A model generated the notes under the pieces. The model did no database searches. It had not been told where the DNA came from and was given only the letters and a program-made list of their open reading frames with translations. A DNA stretch of 36,955 nucleotides from a virus (Duplodnaviria; Heunggongvirae; Uroviricota; Caudoviricetes): IMG/VR virus record IMGVR_UViG_2513237361_000013. One strand, written 5' to 3'. A program made the translations under genes and the position numbers. Positions 20,054 through 30,316 of the stretch are shown here, piece by piece (positions within the stretch are counted from its first letter, which is position 1; every line of letters begins with the position of its first letter).

Positions 20054-20515
20054 CTATGGCTTTTTTATCGTATCCTGCTTCTGCTGCTCTTTACCCTGGG
20101 CGATGCTGGCTGCTTCTGCAAGGATCTGCCAGTACAAATCTGGATTCTGCTTAAGCAGCGCGATCCCTCGTTCTGCCGTATATTCCAGTGCAACCTCAAC
20201 ACCATTAACCAGTTCACCAACCCCTTTCCAGTCTTTCAGCAGATAACGAGCGGCATTATCAATGAGTAAATCATCAACAGAATCCACCTCGGAAACCTTT
20301 GAAATATCAAACTCCTTCGTTCCGACGTGCAAACTGGCATCCATTTTCTCAATGTGGCGACGGATTAATGCATTACGGGAGCGATACTGATCGTTATCGC
20401 TGCTTGCCACCAACAGTTTTAACCCGTCTACAGGTTTTAAGTCCTTCATTGGCGTAAACCAGCGTTCTCCACCAATGAGAATTTTCTGATTAAGAATAAA
20501 CATCCATAACCTCAT
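20054..20515 (-). CDS. tail assembly chaperone (gpG-like)
   Basis: 153 aa, acidic, in the position between the major tail protein and the tape measure. An A-AAA-AAG heptamer lies immediately before its stop. Confidence 0.6.
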   Translation of the reverse strand: MRLWMFILNQKILIGGERWFTPMKDLKPVDGLKLLVASSDNDQYRSRNALIRRHIEKMDASLHVGTKEFDISKVSEVDSVDDLLIDNAARYLLKDWKGVGELVNGVEVALEYTAERGIALLKQNPDLYWQILAEAASIAQGKEQQKQDTIKKP

Positions 20516-20563
20516 TCAATGCGTCCCCCTGTAGGGCAGTACCACAGGAGGAATAACGGAAAA

Positions 20564-21526
20564 TCAACTAATCGCCTCAGCACTGGCTTTTGCGATCACG
20601 GCAGCCGGGGAATTTTTTTTTCTGGTTATCGTAGGTGCTTCATCTGCTGCGGTAATGCTCAATTGAACCTGGATAATGTCGCTATTACCCCCATCAGGCC
20701 ATTCACCTGACACCTGAACCTTCGGGAAACTGAAAGTGTATGCCCCCTCTCCATTCGAAAGCGTGAAGCTGAACGGAACTGTTTCTCCAGTCAGTGTTTT
20801 ACTCCAGATTTCCCACGCGGCTTTAGACCATGAAAGCGTCACCGTACCGGACGGTGTAAAAGTAGTCGGAATATTTGCTCCTGCATAAGGCGAGCCAGTC
20901 CCGATACAACGCTGTGTCTGGAGTTTGTTATCGAACTGAATATCAAAACTGTCGATACAAAAACCGTTACCTCCGGCAACACCATTCAGGCTTACTGCTG
21001 AAACCTCCTTAAACGAATAACGTAGCTTTCCTGCACTATCCACAGGTTCGCCTTTGATAAAATTCGTATCATCGGCCTTTGATTCCCAGTCCAGTCCGGC
21101 AAAGGTTACGGTCGCTGTAATATCGCCGTCGTTAGGGATCTGCATTTTCCATGAGCCAACCTGCGCTCCTCTGACGACAGAGGCAATTCCGACATCGGAC
21201 GCATAGGTCGCCAGAGAAAATGTTATTCGCTCATTCCCCATTGTCAGAGAATCGCCTGACCATTCCGCGCCGAAACAGGATGCAAGAAAATCATCATGTT
21301 GACCCCAGCGAAATTTGGTACCAACATCACCGCCGACATCCACAGTGCCAGGCGTCGCCCCCTGAGCCATCCGGGAGCCACCAATCTCATTATTTTCGCC
21401 TTTATTCTGGGTGGGTTTTACTCCCCAGCTTGTGCGTTTTAATAAACTCCAGTCACCACTTGCTGGCGTAGTGCCTGCAACCGTCTCCCGGATAAATGCC
21501 GAGATAACCTTTGCACCTGAACTCAC
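20564..21526 (-). CDS. major tail (tube) protein
   Basis: 320 aa, Gly/Thr/Ser-rich beta-type sequence in the conserved position. Confidence 0.7.
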   Translation of the reverse strand: MSSGAKVISAFIRETVAGTTPASGDWSLLKRTSWGVKPTQNKGENNEIGGSRMAQGATPGTVDVGGDVGTKFRWGQHDDFLASCFGAEWSGDSLTMGNERITFSLATYASDVGIASVVRGAQVGSWKMQIPNDGDITATVTFAGLDWESKADDTNFIKGEPVDSAGKLRYSFKEVSAVSLNGVAGGNGFCIDSFDIQFDNKLQTQRCIGTGSPYAGANIPTTFTPSGTVTLSWSKAAWEIWSKTLTGETVPFSFTLSNGEGAYTFSFPKVQVSGEWPDGGNSDIIQVQLSITAADEAPTITRKKNSPAAVIAKASAEAIS

Positions 21527-21552
21527 AGGAGCCTCCTATGTCATTAATTGCG

Positions 21553-21945
21553 CTAGAGCGCGCGATATGGAATTTGAAGATTAAGCTGGAACCAGCCATT
21601 CTTTTCGCCAACGGCTATTGAGGAAACAGCCTGGTAACTGAGACGATCGTCATCCTGAAACTCAAACAGTTCCCGCAATTTATCGGCTGTCTCAGTAATG
21701 AGTTTTGAACCAGAACCTGCGGGGACAAATAACTGAATAATGATTATCCCCGTGCGATAAACAACCGGCCCCGCGCCAATTTCATTAACTCCAGCCTGCC
21801 CGGGAATATTACTTAACCGCGCCCAGATTAACTTACCGGAAGGATCGAACGTTGGCCCGTTCGGATACAATACATCTTTTCCATCAATAATCGTCTGTGC
21901 CGTCATTCTGGAAATAACCGTATTTCTGATTTCAGTAAACTTCAT
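21553..21945 (-). CDS. tail terminator/completion protein (gpU-like)
   Basis: 130 aa, assigned by position and size. Confidence 0.55.
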   Translation of the reverse strand: MKFTEIRNTVISRMTAQTIIDGKDVLYPNGPTFDPSGKLIWARLSNIPGQAGVNEIGAGPVVYRTGIIIIQLFVPAGSGSKLITETADKLRELFEFQDDDRLSYQAVSSIAVGEKNGWFQLNLQIPYRAL

Positions 21946-22322
21946 TTGTAAGCCTGTAAAACACCATGAAAAGCGTTGGCATACACGCCAGTTGGCGCTT
22001 GTTGTGAATGACCGTTTTCAAGAGCCTCTGCATAAGGAAGGTTATTCTGGATATAAATAACCCCGTAATTTGCAGCTTTCGAAATAACCCCGATCCCACG
22101 CTGAACAGCAATCGTACCATTCGGATCCACGTTATCAGATATACCAAAATCGGGATGCTGTAACGACACCAGGTTGTTATTTCTGAAACGTCCGGTATCA
22201 ACCGGAGCAGCAATATCAATAACAGTAAGAATCTGCATAGCGATGTAGCGAATCTTCAGCCCTACATCTTCCTCAATCATCCCGGCAAATATTGACGGTT
22301 CTATATCCCATGCCTTTGCCAT
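21942..22322 (-). CDS. head-tail joining protein (HK97 gp10-like)
   Basis: 126 aa; overlaps the downstream gene by 4 nt and abuts the upstream gene. Assigned by position. Confidence 0.55.
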   Translation of the reverse strand: MAKAWDIEPSIFAGMIEEDVGLKIRYIAMQILTVIDIAAPVDTGRFRNNNLVSLQHPDFGISDNVDPNGTIAVQRGIGVISKAANYGVIYIQNNLPYAEALENGHSQQAPTGVYANAFHGVLQAYK

Positions 22323-23102
22323 TTACGCTCTCCTTAACTGGATAGAGTAAACTGATGCTGAAGGATCTACACTTGCTGTAATTACCTCGTATCGTTGTAA
22401 CTGCCTTGATACAGGATCATAAATCTCAATAATATGGTCGACAGCTGGTTTATCCGTAACCTCGCATACCAGAGCGGTTAATTTAAGGTCACCATGCAAA
22501 ATATTAATCCCATCAATTCTGCCCAGCTTATAACGTGTCAACACGCCTCGCCCGGTATAGATTGCGGTGGATTCGCCGCCAGTTTCCGTCACAGGATCCC
22601 AGTGCCGGTGCGTAACGTAAGAACCAGAAAAATCACTCACGGCGTCCGCTAAATCCTCATCAAAAGCAGCGGCAACCTCTGACTGAATCTCTTCACGAAG
22701 CCCCATTATCCCCCCCCTCACAACCCTGACTTGTGAGCGACTAAGTCCGTACGGTTTCAGCAGTGCTATCGCAAGCTGTAAATCGGGTTCAAGCAATGCA
22801 GTGCTGTTTGCTGGCAACTCAGAAAATGATTTCGATACACTGACCCCGTCAGCCGACACGGCTTTACTGATAACAACGCCAGAATCATTTTTCTGCTGAA
22901 ACAACTTACCGAATGAGGCAATTCTGGCTGCATATGCTCCCGCAAGTTTTACCTCTTCCGGAATACGGGATGGGTTAATTTTCAGGTTGAAGCCATTAAG
23001 CCAGGCATTAGCCATTAAAACAGCTTTATTTTTAGCGTTCTCACTCGTCCAGGCGTTCCCAAACGCATTATCAACGTCATCACAGGTCACGTAAGTGATC
23101 AT
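22323..23102 (-). CDS. head-tail connector/adaptor protein (two-domain)
   Basis: 259 aa; the N-terminal part resembles gp6-like connector proteins. Lies between capsid and tail genes. Confidence 0.6.
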   Translation of the reverse strand: MITYVTCDDVDNAFGNAWTSENAKNKAVLMANAWLNGFNLKINPSRIPEEVKLAGAYAARIASFGKLFQQKNDSGVVISKAVSADGVSVSKSFSELPANSTALLEPDLQLAIALLKPYGLSRSQVRVVRGGIMGLREEIQSEVAAAFDEDLADAVSDFSGSYVTHRHWDPVTETGGESTAIYTGRGVLTRYKLGRIDGINILHGDLKLTALVCEVTDKPAVDHIIEIYDPVSRQLQRYEVITASVDPSASVYSIQLRRA

Positions 23103-23105
23103 GTG

Positions 23106-23282
23106 TTACTCCTGAGTTTTCCAGCCCATAGCCTTCCAGTTGTCAACTTCATCAGGATGAACATTAGCGATAGTTGGTGCGCCGGGAAACATCTGATAAT
23201 CGGTCACCATAACCACTAACTCAATTTGCGTTTTTTGTGCGGCTTCACGCTGTGCTCTTTGCTCTTTAGTTAATCCGGCCAT
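23106..23282 (-). CDS. small hypothetical protein (possible head accessory)
   Basis: 58-codon ORF not in the supplied track (MAGLTKEQRAQREAAQKTQIELVVMVTDYQ...), with GGGGGG 3 nt upstream of the ATG. It fills the gap between capsid and connector genes. Confidence 0.3.
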   Translation of the reverse strand: MAGLTKEQRAQREAAQKTQIELVVMVTDYQMFPGAPTIANVHPDEVDNWKAMGWKTQE

Positions 23283-23292
23283 ATGCCCCCCA

Positions 23293-23314
23293 TTAAAAAT
23301 GGGGCCGAAGCCCC
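23293..23314 (-). terminator. intrinsic terminator downstream of major capsid gene
   Basis: GGGGC / GCCCC stem (23301-23314) with a 4-nt loop, followed on the minus strand by ATTTTTAAT, 11 nt after the capsid stop. Confidence 0.5.
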
Positions 23315-23324
23315 GTTTGAATGT

Positions 23325-24464
23325 TTAACCAAGAATCAGACAACCATGTGCCGGCTTCACTGATGAAACACCCCATGCCAGTCCAACTTCATAGCGCACC
23401 TGGCGATACTGACGATACAGTGCAATCTGGAACGTAATCCCTGAAATCGGGTCCGTAACATTCATTACATCATCAGCATTATCGCCACCTTCCGGCATTG
23501 CCGGAGTACGGGATGCCAGCAGAAACGCGTTGCGATCAAACGCCATATTTGCAGTAAAGGCCCCAACAACTGTGATGGCAGTATCATCGGCCAGATCCTG
23601 ACGCAGTCCGGGCGCTGCAAGAGTAATCAGATTGCTGGTCGCTGCTGCCACAACATACTGATTCGGATCACCAGCGAACGTAACAATCTGACCTGCAGAA
23701 ATACTCCCCGAACCAGTATCAATGGAAATAAGAACATCGCCTTCTTTTTTCTCTCCATTCACGAGATAACCAGTTGCAGCAACCTTTGGCGCTCGTTTCA
23801 CACCTGCCGAACTGTGAATATTGAATCCCTCCAGACGCCCCAACACGCCCTCACGCAGTAGCTGTTCAGTGCCGGATTCATTCACTTTAAACAATACAGA
23901 CTGTTTTCCGCGCAAATTAGCAATGGCAGTGGAGCCAAGCACCATCTGCAGATCGGTTGTCGGTGCGCCGTTATCCTCCAGAACCTGACGAGCCAGAGCA
24001 GCATCAGAAAGATCATCTTTAACACCAAACGGCGTTGTCCCTGCGGTTCCCACGGCGCGGGAAGCACCGAAATACAACGCACCAAGATCAGCCTCAACCT
24101 CGTTTGCAAGGGCGCGAAAAGCCTGCTTGAACTGATCAGCCAGAATGGTGTTGTAAGTCCCTGAAGGGCCAAGAGCCAGTTGTTCTTCACCATTCCATTT
24201 AACCGGTGCCATTTTGGATTTAGTAATTTTTACATCAACAGTGCCAATATTTTGATCACCGGTATTCGGAGCTGACGGCCCCGGTACGATATCTTCGGTT
24301 TTCGCCTCAGGCGCAACTGGCGCGGTTACCGTCTGATCTTTTGCTGCGGCGTCAGCTTTTGCGTTTTTTGCTACCGCAGGGATAAAACCTACCTGCTCAC
24401 GGGATACAACATCCAGGGCGGTATAAATAGTCGGGATCAACCCGGTCAGGGTATTTCCAGCCAT
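23325..24464 (-). CDS. major capsid protein
   Basis: ORF 23325..24557; preferred start is ATG 24462-24464 (MAGNTLTGLIP) with AAGGA upstream. Assigned by size and position between scaffold and connector. Confidence 0.8.
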   Translation of the reverse strand: MAGNTLTGLIPTIYTALDVVSREQVGFIPAVAKNAKADAAAKDQTVTAPVAPEAKTEDIVPGPSAPNTGDQNIGTVDVKITKSKMAPVKWNGEEQLALGPSGTYNTILADQFKQAFRALANEVEADLGALYFGASRAVGTAGTTPFGVKDDLSDAALARQVLEDNGAPTTDLQMVLGSTAIANLRGKQSVLFKVNESGTEQLLREGVLGRLEGFNIHSSAGVKRAPKVAATGYLVNGEKKEGDVLISIDTGSGSISAGQIVTFAGDPNQYVVAAATSNLITLAAPGLRQDLADDTAITVVGAFTANMAFDRNAFLLASRTPAMPEGGDNADDVMNVTDPISGITFQIALYRQYRQVRYEVGLAWGVSSVKPAHGCLILG

Positions 24465-24562
24465 AATTAAATATTCCTTAAAAATTTGCGTAATTGTGAA
24501 TAGATGGAGTAATGAGCTATCCAGCCCTGACACCAGCTCCCATCCGGAAGCTGACAAATGTG

Positions 24563-25399
24563 TTAATCAACGATTGTGATACCGTCTTTCAATGCGTTTT
24601 GCTTACCTGCAACATCCAGTGCATCAAAAGCAGAGCGTTTCATCGTTTTCTGACCAATATCATGCTGTGTCGGACGGGAGCCGCCGCCATTGTTGCCACT
24701 GGCTTTCAGGATGTAGTCTTTCTGAGGGTAATTTTCGACAAGGAACTCCAGCGCCTCATCAAACTGCGCCAGTTCGCCAGGCTTCGCGCGGGAATAAATT
24801 TTGTTGCCGGAAGCGTCATAAGCAACGATCCTCCCTTCTTCCACTTTGAATGCCTGCCCGAAGCGGGCTTGTAATAAATCTGCCGGGATCGCAATTTTAT
24901 CGGCAATATATTTTGAACCCGCAAAACTACCGCCAATCATAGAATCGTAAAGCTGCTTCTCCAGCATCTGAGAGCGTTGCTTTTCTTCATCTAATTGCTG
25001 CTGAAAATTTTTCGTAATTTCTGCCTTAACCTGGTCAACCTGTCCCGCATCGAGCAGCTTTTTCTGGTCGATTTTTGACAGCATTTCCAGTGCCTCGATC
25101 GCCTTCTTCGGGTCTTCGATAGCGGCAAACTTAGCCAGTTTTTCCTCTGCAGCTTCTTTAGCCAGGCGATGATTTTTTGCCTCGCCATTAAGCTCTGTAA
25201 TTTTTTTTGTCGCCAGCGGTGCATCGAAGCCAATTTCTTTACCATCGTCGTGCACATAAACTGGCAGGCCAGCAGTATCAATTTCTGCGTATTGTTTTCC
25301 GTTAATCTCGACCGTTTTCAGTTTCATATTAGTACCTGGTTTAAGTCTTCCGACAGTTACGCTGCTCACCATCCGGATCGCAGCAATAAAAAAGGCCAC
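24563..25399 (-). CDS. capsid scaffolding protein (start uncertain, possibly ATG at 25327)
   Basis: Coiled-coil, charged sequence (EAKNHRLAKEAAEEKLAKFAAIEDPKKAIEALEMLSKIDQKKL) immediately upstream of the capsid gene. Confidence 0.6.
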   Translation of the reverse strand: MAFFIAAIRMVSSVTVGRLKPGTNMKLKTVEINGKQYAEIDTAGLPVYVHDDGKEIGFDAPLATKKITELNGEAKNHRLAKEAAEEKLAKFAAIEDPKKAIEALEMLSKIDQKKLLDAGQVDQVKAEITKNFQQQLDEEKQRSQMLEKQLYDSMIGGSFAGSKYIADKIAIPADLLQARFGQAFKVEEGRIVAYDASGNKIYSRAKPGELAQFDEALEFLVENYPQKDYILKASGNNGGGSRPTQHDIGQKTMKRSAFDALDVAGKQNALKDGITIVD

Positions 25400-25431
25400 C
25401 CGAAGGTAGCCTGTTGTAATAAATGATTTAT

Positions 25432-26547
25432 TTAAATCCCTGCTTTTCTGAATACCTGTGCATCACGCTCACGGAGCTGCTTCAGCGTCAGCCATTCGCC
25501 TTTATCGGTGTAAAATTCATCTGGCGACATACCACCATCCCGAATCAGCTTTGCTCGGGTTTCCCCCACAATCTGTTTTTGTCTGGTGTAAGGCTGACGC
25601 AAAAACCATTCCCTGTAGGTTGTATCTCCGGCCACCACGCCATCCATGCTGGCCCGCTCAGCCGGGGAAATATCGCGAACATCAATACCCAGTTCCTTCG
25701 CTGATTTCAGAATGAACGTTTCCGTTGAGCGGCAGCAGAAATGAATTTTTCCCGGCCCCTGCAAATAAGGCACGCTGTGATCTACAGGTTTATTATTCAG
25801 CGTATATTTGAGGCGATCCCTGATTCGACATTGTGGCGTAGTACGATTATCAAGCGTTGATAACCATTGCTTACCCTTAATCAAATCATTATTCGCGCTG
25901 GCAAAACTCTCACGGGCAGTAGCAGCAAGATGTCCAACCGCTGTTTTTGCAATGCTGGCCGCATTAGCCCGGCTCATCTGCAATGCACCATCCTGAAATC
26001 CCTTACTGACATGTCCCCGAATTTTTCTTGCGATCTGCTCATTGGTATCCCCCAGCAAAAAACCCTGACGCACTGTATTTGTTATGCGTCTGAGCCGATC
26101 CGCCTCAAGATCTGAGGCCCACTCACTGAGCAGTCGTCCCTGGAATGGTCGCGCCATTGCAGCGGCATAAAGTGCATCAGGAGAGATACCAACCAGAGGG
26201 TGAACATCAGCAACAAAATCAGGTAGCATAGAATCAAACAGACTTAACTGATAACCAGCCTCATAAATTGCCAGCTCGTTCAGCTCTCCGGAGAGACTGG
26301 TAAACATGCTGTTAATAGCAGTGCGGTTAACCTTTCTGACGCTCGCCAGAAGTGACTCCAGGCGCTTAACGGTAAAATTACCTGGATCGAGGCTGTCCAG
26401 TGCTATCAGCAGGCGAGCAGTAAGTTCCGCATCGCTGTCATTCAGTATTTTCACCATTCTGGCAGCCACGCCAGTGCTATAGCGGGATATCCAGACTGCA
26501 TGAGCAATTGATTCATCACGCAGCCGTTCATTCACGGTTTGCATCAT
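25432..26547 (-). CDS. head morphogenesis protein (SPP1 gp7 / Mu F-like minor capsid protein)
   Basis: 371 aa immediately after the portal gene, overlapping it by 20 nt. Assigned by position and family resemblance. Confidence 0.75.
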   Translation of the reverse strand: MMQTVNERLRDESIAHAVWISRYSTGVAARMVKILNDSDAELTARLLIALDSLDPGNFTVKRLESLLASVRKVNRTAINSMFTSLSGELNELAIYEAGYQLSLFDSMLPDFVADVHPLVGISPDALYAAAMARPFQGRLLSEWASDLEADRLRRITNTVRQGFLLGDTNEQIARKIRGHVSKGFQDGALQMSRANAASIAKTAVGHLAATARESFASANNDLIKGKQWLSTLDNRTTPQCRIRDRLKYTLNNKPVDHSVPYLQGPGKIHFCCRSTETFILKSAKELGIDVRDISPAERASMDGVVAGDTTYREWFLRQPYTRQKQIVGETRAKLIRDGGMSPDEFYTDKGEWLTLKQLRERDAQVFRKAGI

Positions 26548-27934
26548 TGATTTCCATCAGCATTACACTCTGATTTTTTAATTCATCGATCACTTCCTCT
26601 GGACGGGAATCCTGATCGATAAATTTCAACGCCTGCAACACCCGAACCGCATCAATCTGACGTATATCACCGCCCTGACGCAATGACTGAACAGCCAGCG
26701 CGGAGGATGAGTCAAACACCTGGGCAGATACATCCAGTTCAGTGCGCACATCCACATTGCCACCGCAACTCTCTCCGATCCATTCCGCCATTATCTGGAG
26801 AATATTATCGAGGGCATCTTCGAGGGAGTTCGCCATTGTATAAAGCGGCGAGTTTTCCTGCATTCGCTCTTCATTAGTCTGATCAACAGATTTGGTGGAT
26901 GTATTTTCAGCACGCAGAAGTTTAGCGCCGGCATGACGCATCTGATTTTCCAGCTTCTCAAGTGATGTTTCGCCAGATTCTATCGCTGCGCCACTATGTT
27001 CAACATATTCGAGGCCATTTTTTGTTCTGTCCTCAAAAATCGTAGCGGTGGATGCACCAACCGTCAGTTCTTCATTCCTGTCCAGCCCGTAGGCCACCAG
27101 CAATGGAACGCGGGTAACATGAAGAATATTGTCCTGCTCGCTCTGGCTTTGCCAGTGCTTGATATTCAGCAAGCCAAGATTAAGCAATGGCGGTGTACCA
27201 CGCATAAATCCTGTTTTCTTCGTGTACAGTGTTACCAGAGGAATATCATCACGGCTGGTATTCCATGACTCATGAAGCGTCCAGACAGATTCGCCATTAG
27301 TGCCTTCGCTACGTCGATAAATTTCAACTCGACGGGGCATAATATGGCGGATCTGCTCCACCTTCTTCTGCCCGAAATCATCACCATCAATAATGATGAC
27401 CTCTTTTATACGCAAATCAGTGAGAACAACTTTCCCTTTTTCAACTTTCGATTTCCATCCAATAACCTGGCGTGGATTCAGCATCGTAACGTACGGACGA
27501 CCACCGGTCGCGTTTTCATCGGCTTTTGTCCGAATCTCTTTCATATCCGTTCGTGGATAGTCCACCAGCGCATGTGCCACACCATACTGAAATGCGAGGC
27601 TGAAAAATTGCTGCGCCCACACATCCAGTCGGCTCCCCTCCATGTCGATATTTTCTGCATATTCCCTGATTTTTGCCGGCGTTTCCTCACTCAATACTGT
27701 CGGCTCTGCAAATATGCGCCCAATATTTTGCTTGATGCTTTCTTCATACACAGGAAGTAGCGTAGCCACAGACAGGCGTTTTTTATAAGCGTCTTCATCT
27801 TCGTTAGGCCATTTTGGGAGATAATTTTCCCCCTGCCTGCGCATTTCAAGCGTACCGCCCATCAGTGCGTCGTTAATATCCCACGCCTCCAGCATATCGT
27901 TATAGTCGAGGTTGGGTGTTGATATATCAGCCAT
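26528..27934 (-). CDS. portal protein
   Basis: 468 aa directly downstream of the large terminase, with an acidic C-terminus. Confidence 0.85.
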   Translation of the reverse strand: MADISTPNLDYNDMLEAWDINDALMGGTLEMRRQGENYLPKWPNEDEDAYKKRLSVATLLPVYEESIKQNIGRIFAEPTVLSEETPAKIREYAENIDMEGSRLDVWAQQFFSLAFQYGVAHALVDYPRTDMKEIRTKADENATGGRPYVTMLNPRQVIGWKSKVEKGKVVLTDLRIKEVIIIDGDDFGQKKVEQIRHIMPRRVEIYRRSEGTNGESVWTLHESWNTSRDDIPLVTLYTKKTGFMRGTPPLLNLGLLNIKHWQSQSEQDNILHVTRVPLLVAYGLDRNEELTVGASTATIFEDRTKNGLEYVEHSGAAIESGETSLEKLENQMRHAGAKLLRAENTSTKSVDQTNEERMQENSPLYTMANSLEDALDNILQIMAEWIGESCGGNVDVRTELDVSAQVFDSSSALAVQSLRQGGDIRQIDAVRVLQALKFIDQDSRPEEVIDELKNQSVMLMEINDANRE

Positions 27935-27936
27935 AA

Positions 27937-29247
27937 TTAAATCCGAAGTGATGTGACTCTTCCGGTCGGTTTGACAATAGGGAATTGCTTAACGATGAAA
28001 TAACCTCCGGCATCATTCGGGTGATCATTGCCAGATTTTTTATCAGGCTCCCCCTTCTCATCCCAGACCTGTTGCTCCAGAGATTCGGCATATAACGGGC
28101 AACGCTTCACATTAACTTTATAGCGACGCTCACCATTGGCATTGCAGAACATTGCATTCATTGAGTTAACGCGATCTTTTACTGGCGGGTTCGAGCTGTT
28201 CACCACAACGTTAAAACCAGCCTGCTTAAGCTGGGCTATATCCGTCGTACTTGCGTTACTTGATTTTCTGGAATCCCCGGAAGCATCTGGATAAATATAA
28301 ATTTCCCTCACTTTCCGGTAATCATTCCCATCATACAGCCAGAAGCGTTCTTTAATGATGCGGATCATATCCGGCGTATCGTAGGCATTGATGATTTCAG
28401 TTACCGCACATGGAAGCCCCAAACGCAGCACATGGACGATTCCCGCCATCTTTCCAACGTTAAAATCCATCCCAATATAAATCGGCTCCCCTGGCTGCTC
28501 CACTTCTTCGCAATTATTCAGTTTCCGGTCAAACTGATGGTAAACAGTACCACTTGTCAGGTTAGTAAACTGTCCTCGAAGATAGGCTTTAATCAGCTCT
28601 GGAGGGTATGATTCAAGAAGCGAAGGAATGTAATCTGCTGGCAGGTTCTTTTCATTATCGAAAGTAGATGCCTGCACCAGACCATACAGTGAGGCCAGCT
28701 CTGTTTTTTCACGCACGGCTTTAACAAACTGCTCGTAGACAAATTTGAATCCTTCCGGCGTGGTTGTAACGTCAATACCGTTGCGAAGTCCATCAATCTT
28801 ATAACGCATACGTGCAATTATCTTGCGCCACGCCGTTCTGGCTTTTTCCTTCGGCAAAATGTCCAGTTCATCCACCAACGCATTACCAATTTTGAAACCG
28901 ACGATCGTTTGTGGCTTCTCCATCGATCTGCAGATAGTGGTTCCCCGATACTGGCGTCCGTAATAAAAGTGAACCTCTTTATTTCCCTCATTAATTTTTA
29001 CGTTCAATCCCCAGTCAGCAGCAACTTCTTCCACTGTAGGGTAAAAAATATCGCGAATTTGGGGATACGTTGGCGCAAAATATCCCTGATTTATACCTGG
29101 ATGCTCCCAAATCCCCTTGCATATGCCGCCACACCCAACCCATGTTTTGCCCGAGCCAAAACCAGCAATATAGGCTTTAAATTTATGGGGCATTGAAAGA
29201 AATCGCGCCTGAGGCACATTAAGCGTCGGAGAGATCATCTTCATCAC
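27937..29247 (-). CDS. terminase large subunit
   Basis: 436 aa with Walker A-like GFGSGKT near the N-terminus and a nuclease-type C-terminal region. Confidence 0.9.
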   Translation of the reverse strand: MMKMISPTLNVPQARFLSMPHKFKAYIAGFGSGKTWVGCGGICKGIWEHPGINQGYFAPTYPQIRDIFYPTVEEVAADWGLNVKINEGNKEVHFYYGRQYRGTTICRSMEKPQTIVGFKIGNALVDELDILPKEKARTAWRKIIARMRYKIDGLRNGIDVTTTPEGFKFVYEQFVKAVREKTELASLYGLVQASTFDNEKNLPADYIPSLLESYPPELIKAYLRGQFTNLTSGTVYHQFDRKLNNCEEVEQPGEPIYIGMDFNVGKMAGIVHVLRLGLPCAVTEIINAYDTPDMIRIIKERFWLYDGNDYRKVREIYIYPDASGDSRKSSNASTTDIAQLKQAGFNVVVNSSNPPVKDRVNSMNAMFCNANGERRYKVNVKRCPLYAESLEQQVWDEKGEPDKKSGNDHPNDAGGYFIVKQFPIVKPTGRVTSLRI

Positions 29248-30313
29248 TCCTTACTCTGGCATCAACCACATTAATATTGATCGCCACAGGCTGGGGATGT
29301 TCATTATCTTCCACCGTTTCGATCTCTTTGCGCAGCTTCTGGTTTTCCATTCTGCGCCGTTCAATTTCCAGTTCCTGTAGCCGTTTATCTGCACATAAAG
29401 CCCCGCCAGCAGAAAACAAACGCAACAATTCACGCCGGGCGGCAGCCTTATCCTCCAGCAGGATCTCAACGCCGAATTTTCCGAATTTTGCCCCTGCATA
29501 TAATTGCCGCGCATCCCCATCAAGCAGAGTGGTATCAGCCATATAAAGCTGTCCCGTTCCCTCACCGCAGCACTTCGGGCAGTCCGGATTGGGTATGGCG
29601 TTATCAACAAAGCCGAGGCCTCCATATTCCGGTTCGGGTTTGCCATCTCTGGAAGCCTGCGCCGCTGCCTTGTCGAATTCTGCTATATCGCGCCACTGGT
29701 AGAGATGATTCTCGCCCCAGCAATAACGGCAGTTAACACGGCGAAATTGTGCAAGCTGATTGGGGTCGGCCAGGACAATAGCCATCAACTGACTCACTAG
29801 TAAATCCAGGTCTGCGGTATAGCGTTTCTGGTACTGATTGCGGAAGTAGCTGATAGCGCGAAAAACCCTGGCATTTCTAAGCATACGACTGGCGTTGCTG
29901 TTAGCTGTCGCACCTTGCCCCTCATAACCGGCTAGTCGGTACGCCTCTGTCGGCTTTTTACCCTGAGCAACAAGCATCGCAAACTTAGCCTGCTGGTCAG
30001 AAATGCCGAATTCATCGGGACAGAACGAAAATTCCTCCGCGTCGCCCTCATTCAGGCCCGCATCGAATACTGGCTTTTTTTCCTGAGATTTTTCGTTCCG
30101 CTTTTGTGCAGTCTGCGCAGATTTTTTCTGCGCACTTTTTTGCGCAGTTTTGCACATTTCTGTCTGCGCATTTTTCGGAGTTTTTTTGATGTAACGACGG
30201 GCTGTTGCGTAATTCAGTCCCCTTGCTTCACACCATGCCACCGGAGATATACCGGAGCGGGTGTATTCAGCAATATACTCCTGCTGCAACGCCCCCCAGT
30301 CCGGTCTGCTCAT
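29219..30313 (-). CDS. terminase small subunit (P27-family-like) with N-terminal HTH and two CxxC motifs
   Basis: 364 aa. Core resembles P27-type TerS (QQAKFAMLVAQGKKPTEAYRLAGYEG...ANSNASRMLRNARV). N-terminal HTH-like VAWCEARGLNYATARRYI. CRYC and CPKCC motifs. Overlaps TerL start by 29 nt. Confidence 0.8.
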   Translation of the reverse strand: MSRPDWGALQQEYIAEYTRSGISPVAWCEARGLNYATARRYIKKTPKNAQTEMCKTAQKSAQKKSAQTAQKRNEKSQEKKPVFDAGLNEGDAEEFSFCPDEFGISDQQAKFAMLVAQGKKPTEAYRLAGYEGQGATANSNASRMLRNARVFRAISYFRNQYQKRYTADLDLLVSQLMAIVLADPNQLAQFRRVNCRYCWGENHLYQWRDIAEFDKAAAQASRDGKPEPEYGGLGFVDNAIPNPDCPKCCGEGTGQLYMADTTLLDGDARQLYAGAKFGKFGVEILLEDKAAARRELLRLFSAGGALCADKRLQELEIERRRMENQKLRKEIETVEDNEHPQPVAININVVDARVRSDEDDLSDA

Positions 30314-30316
30314 CAG

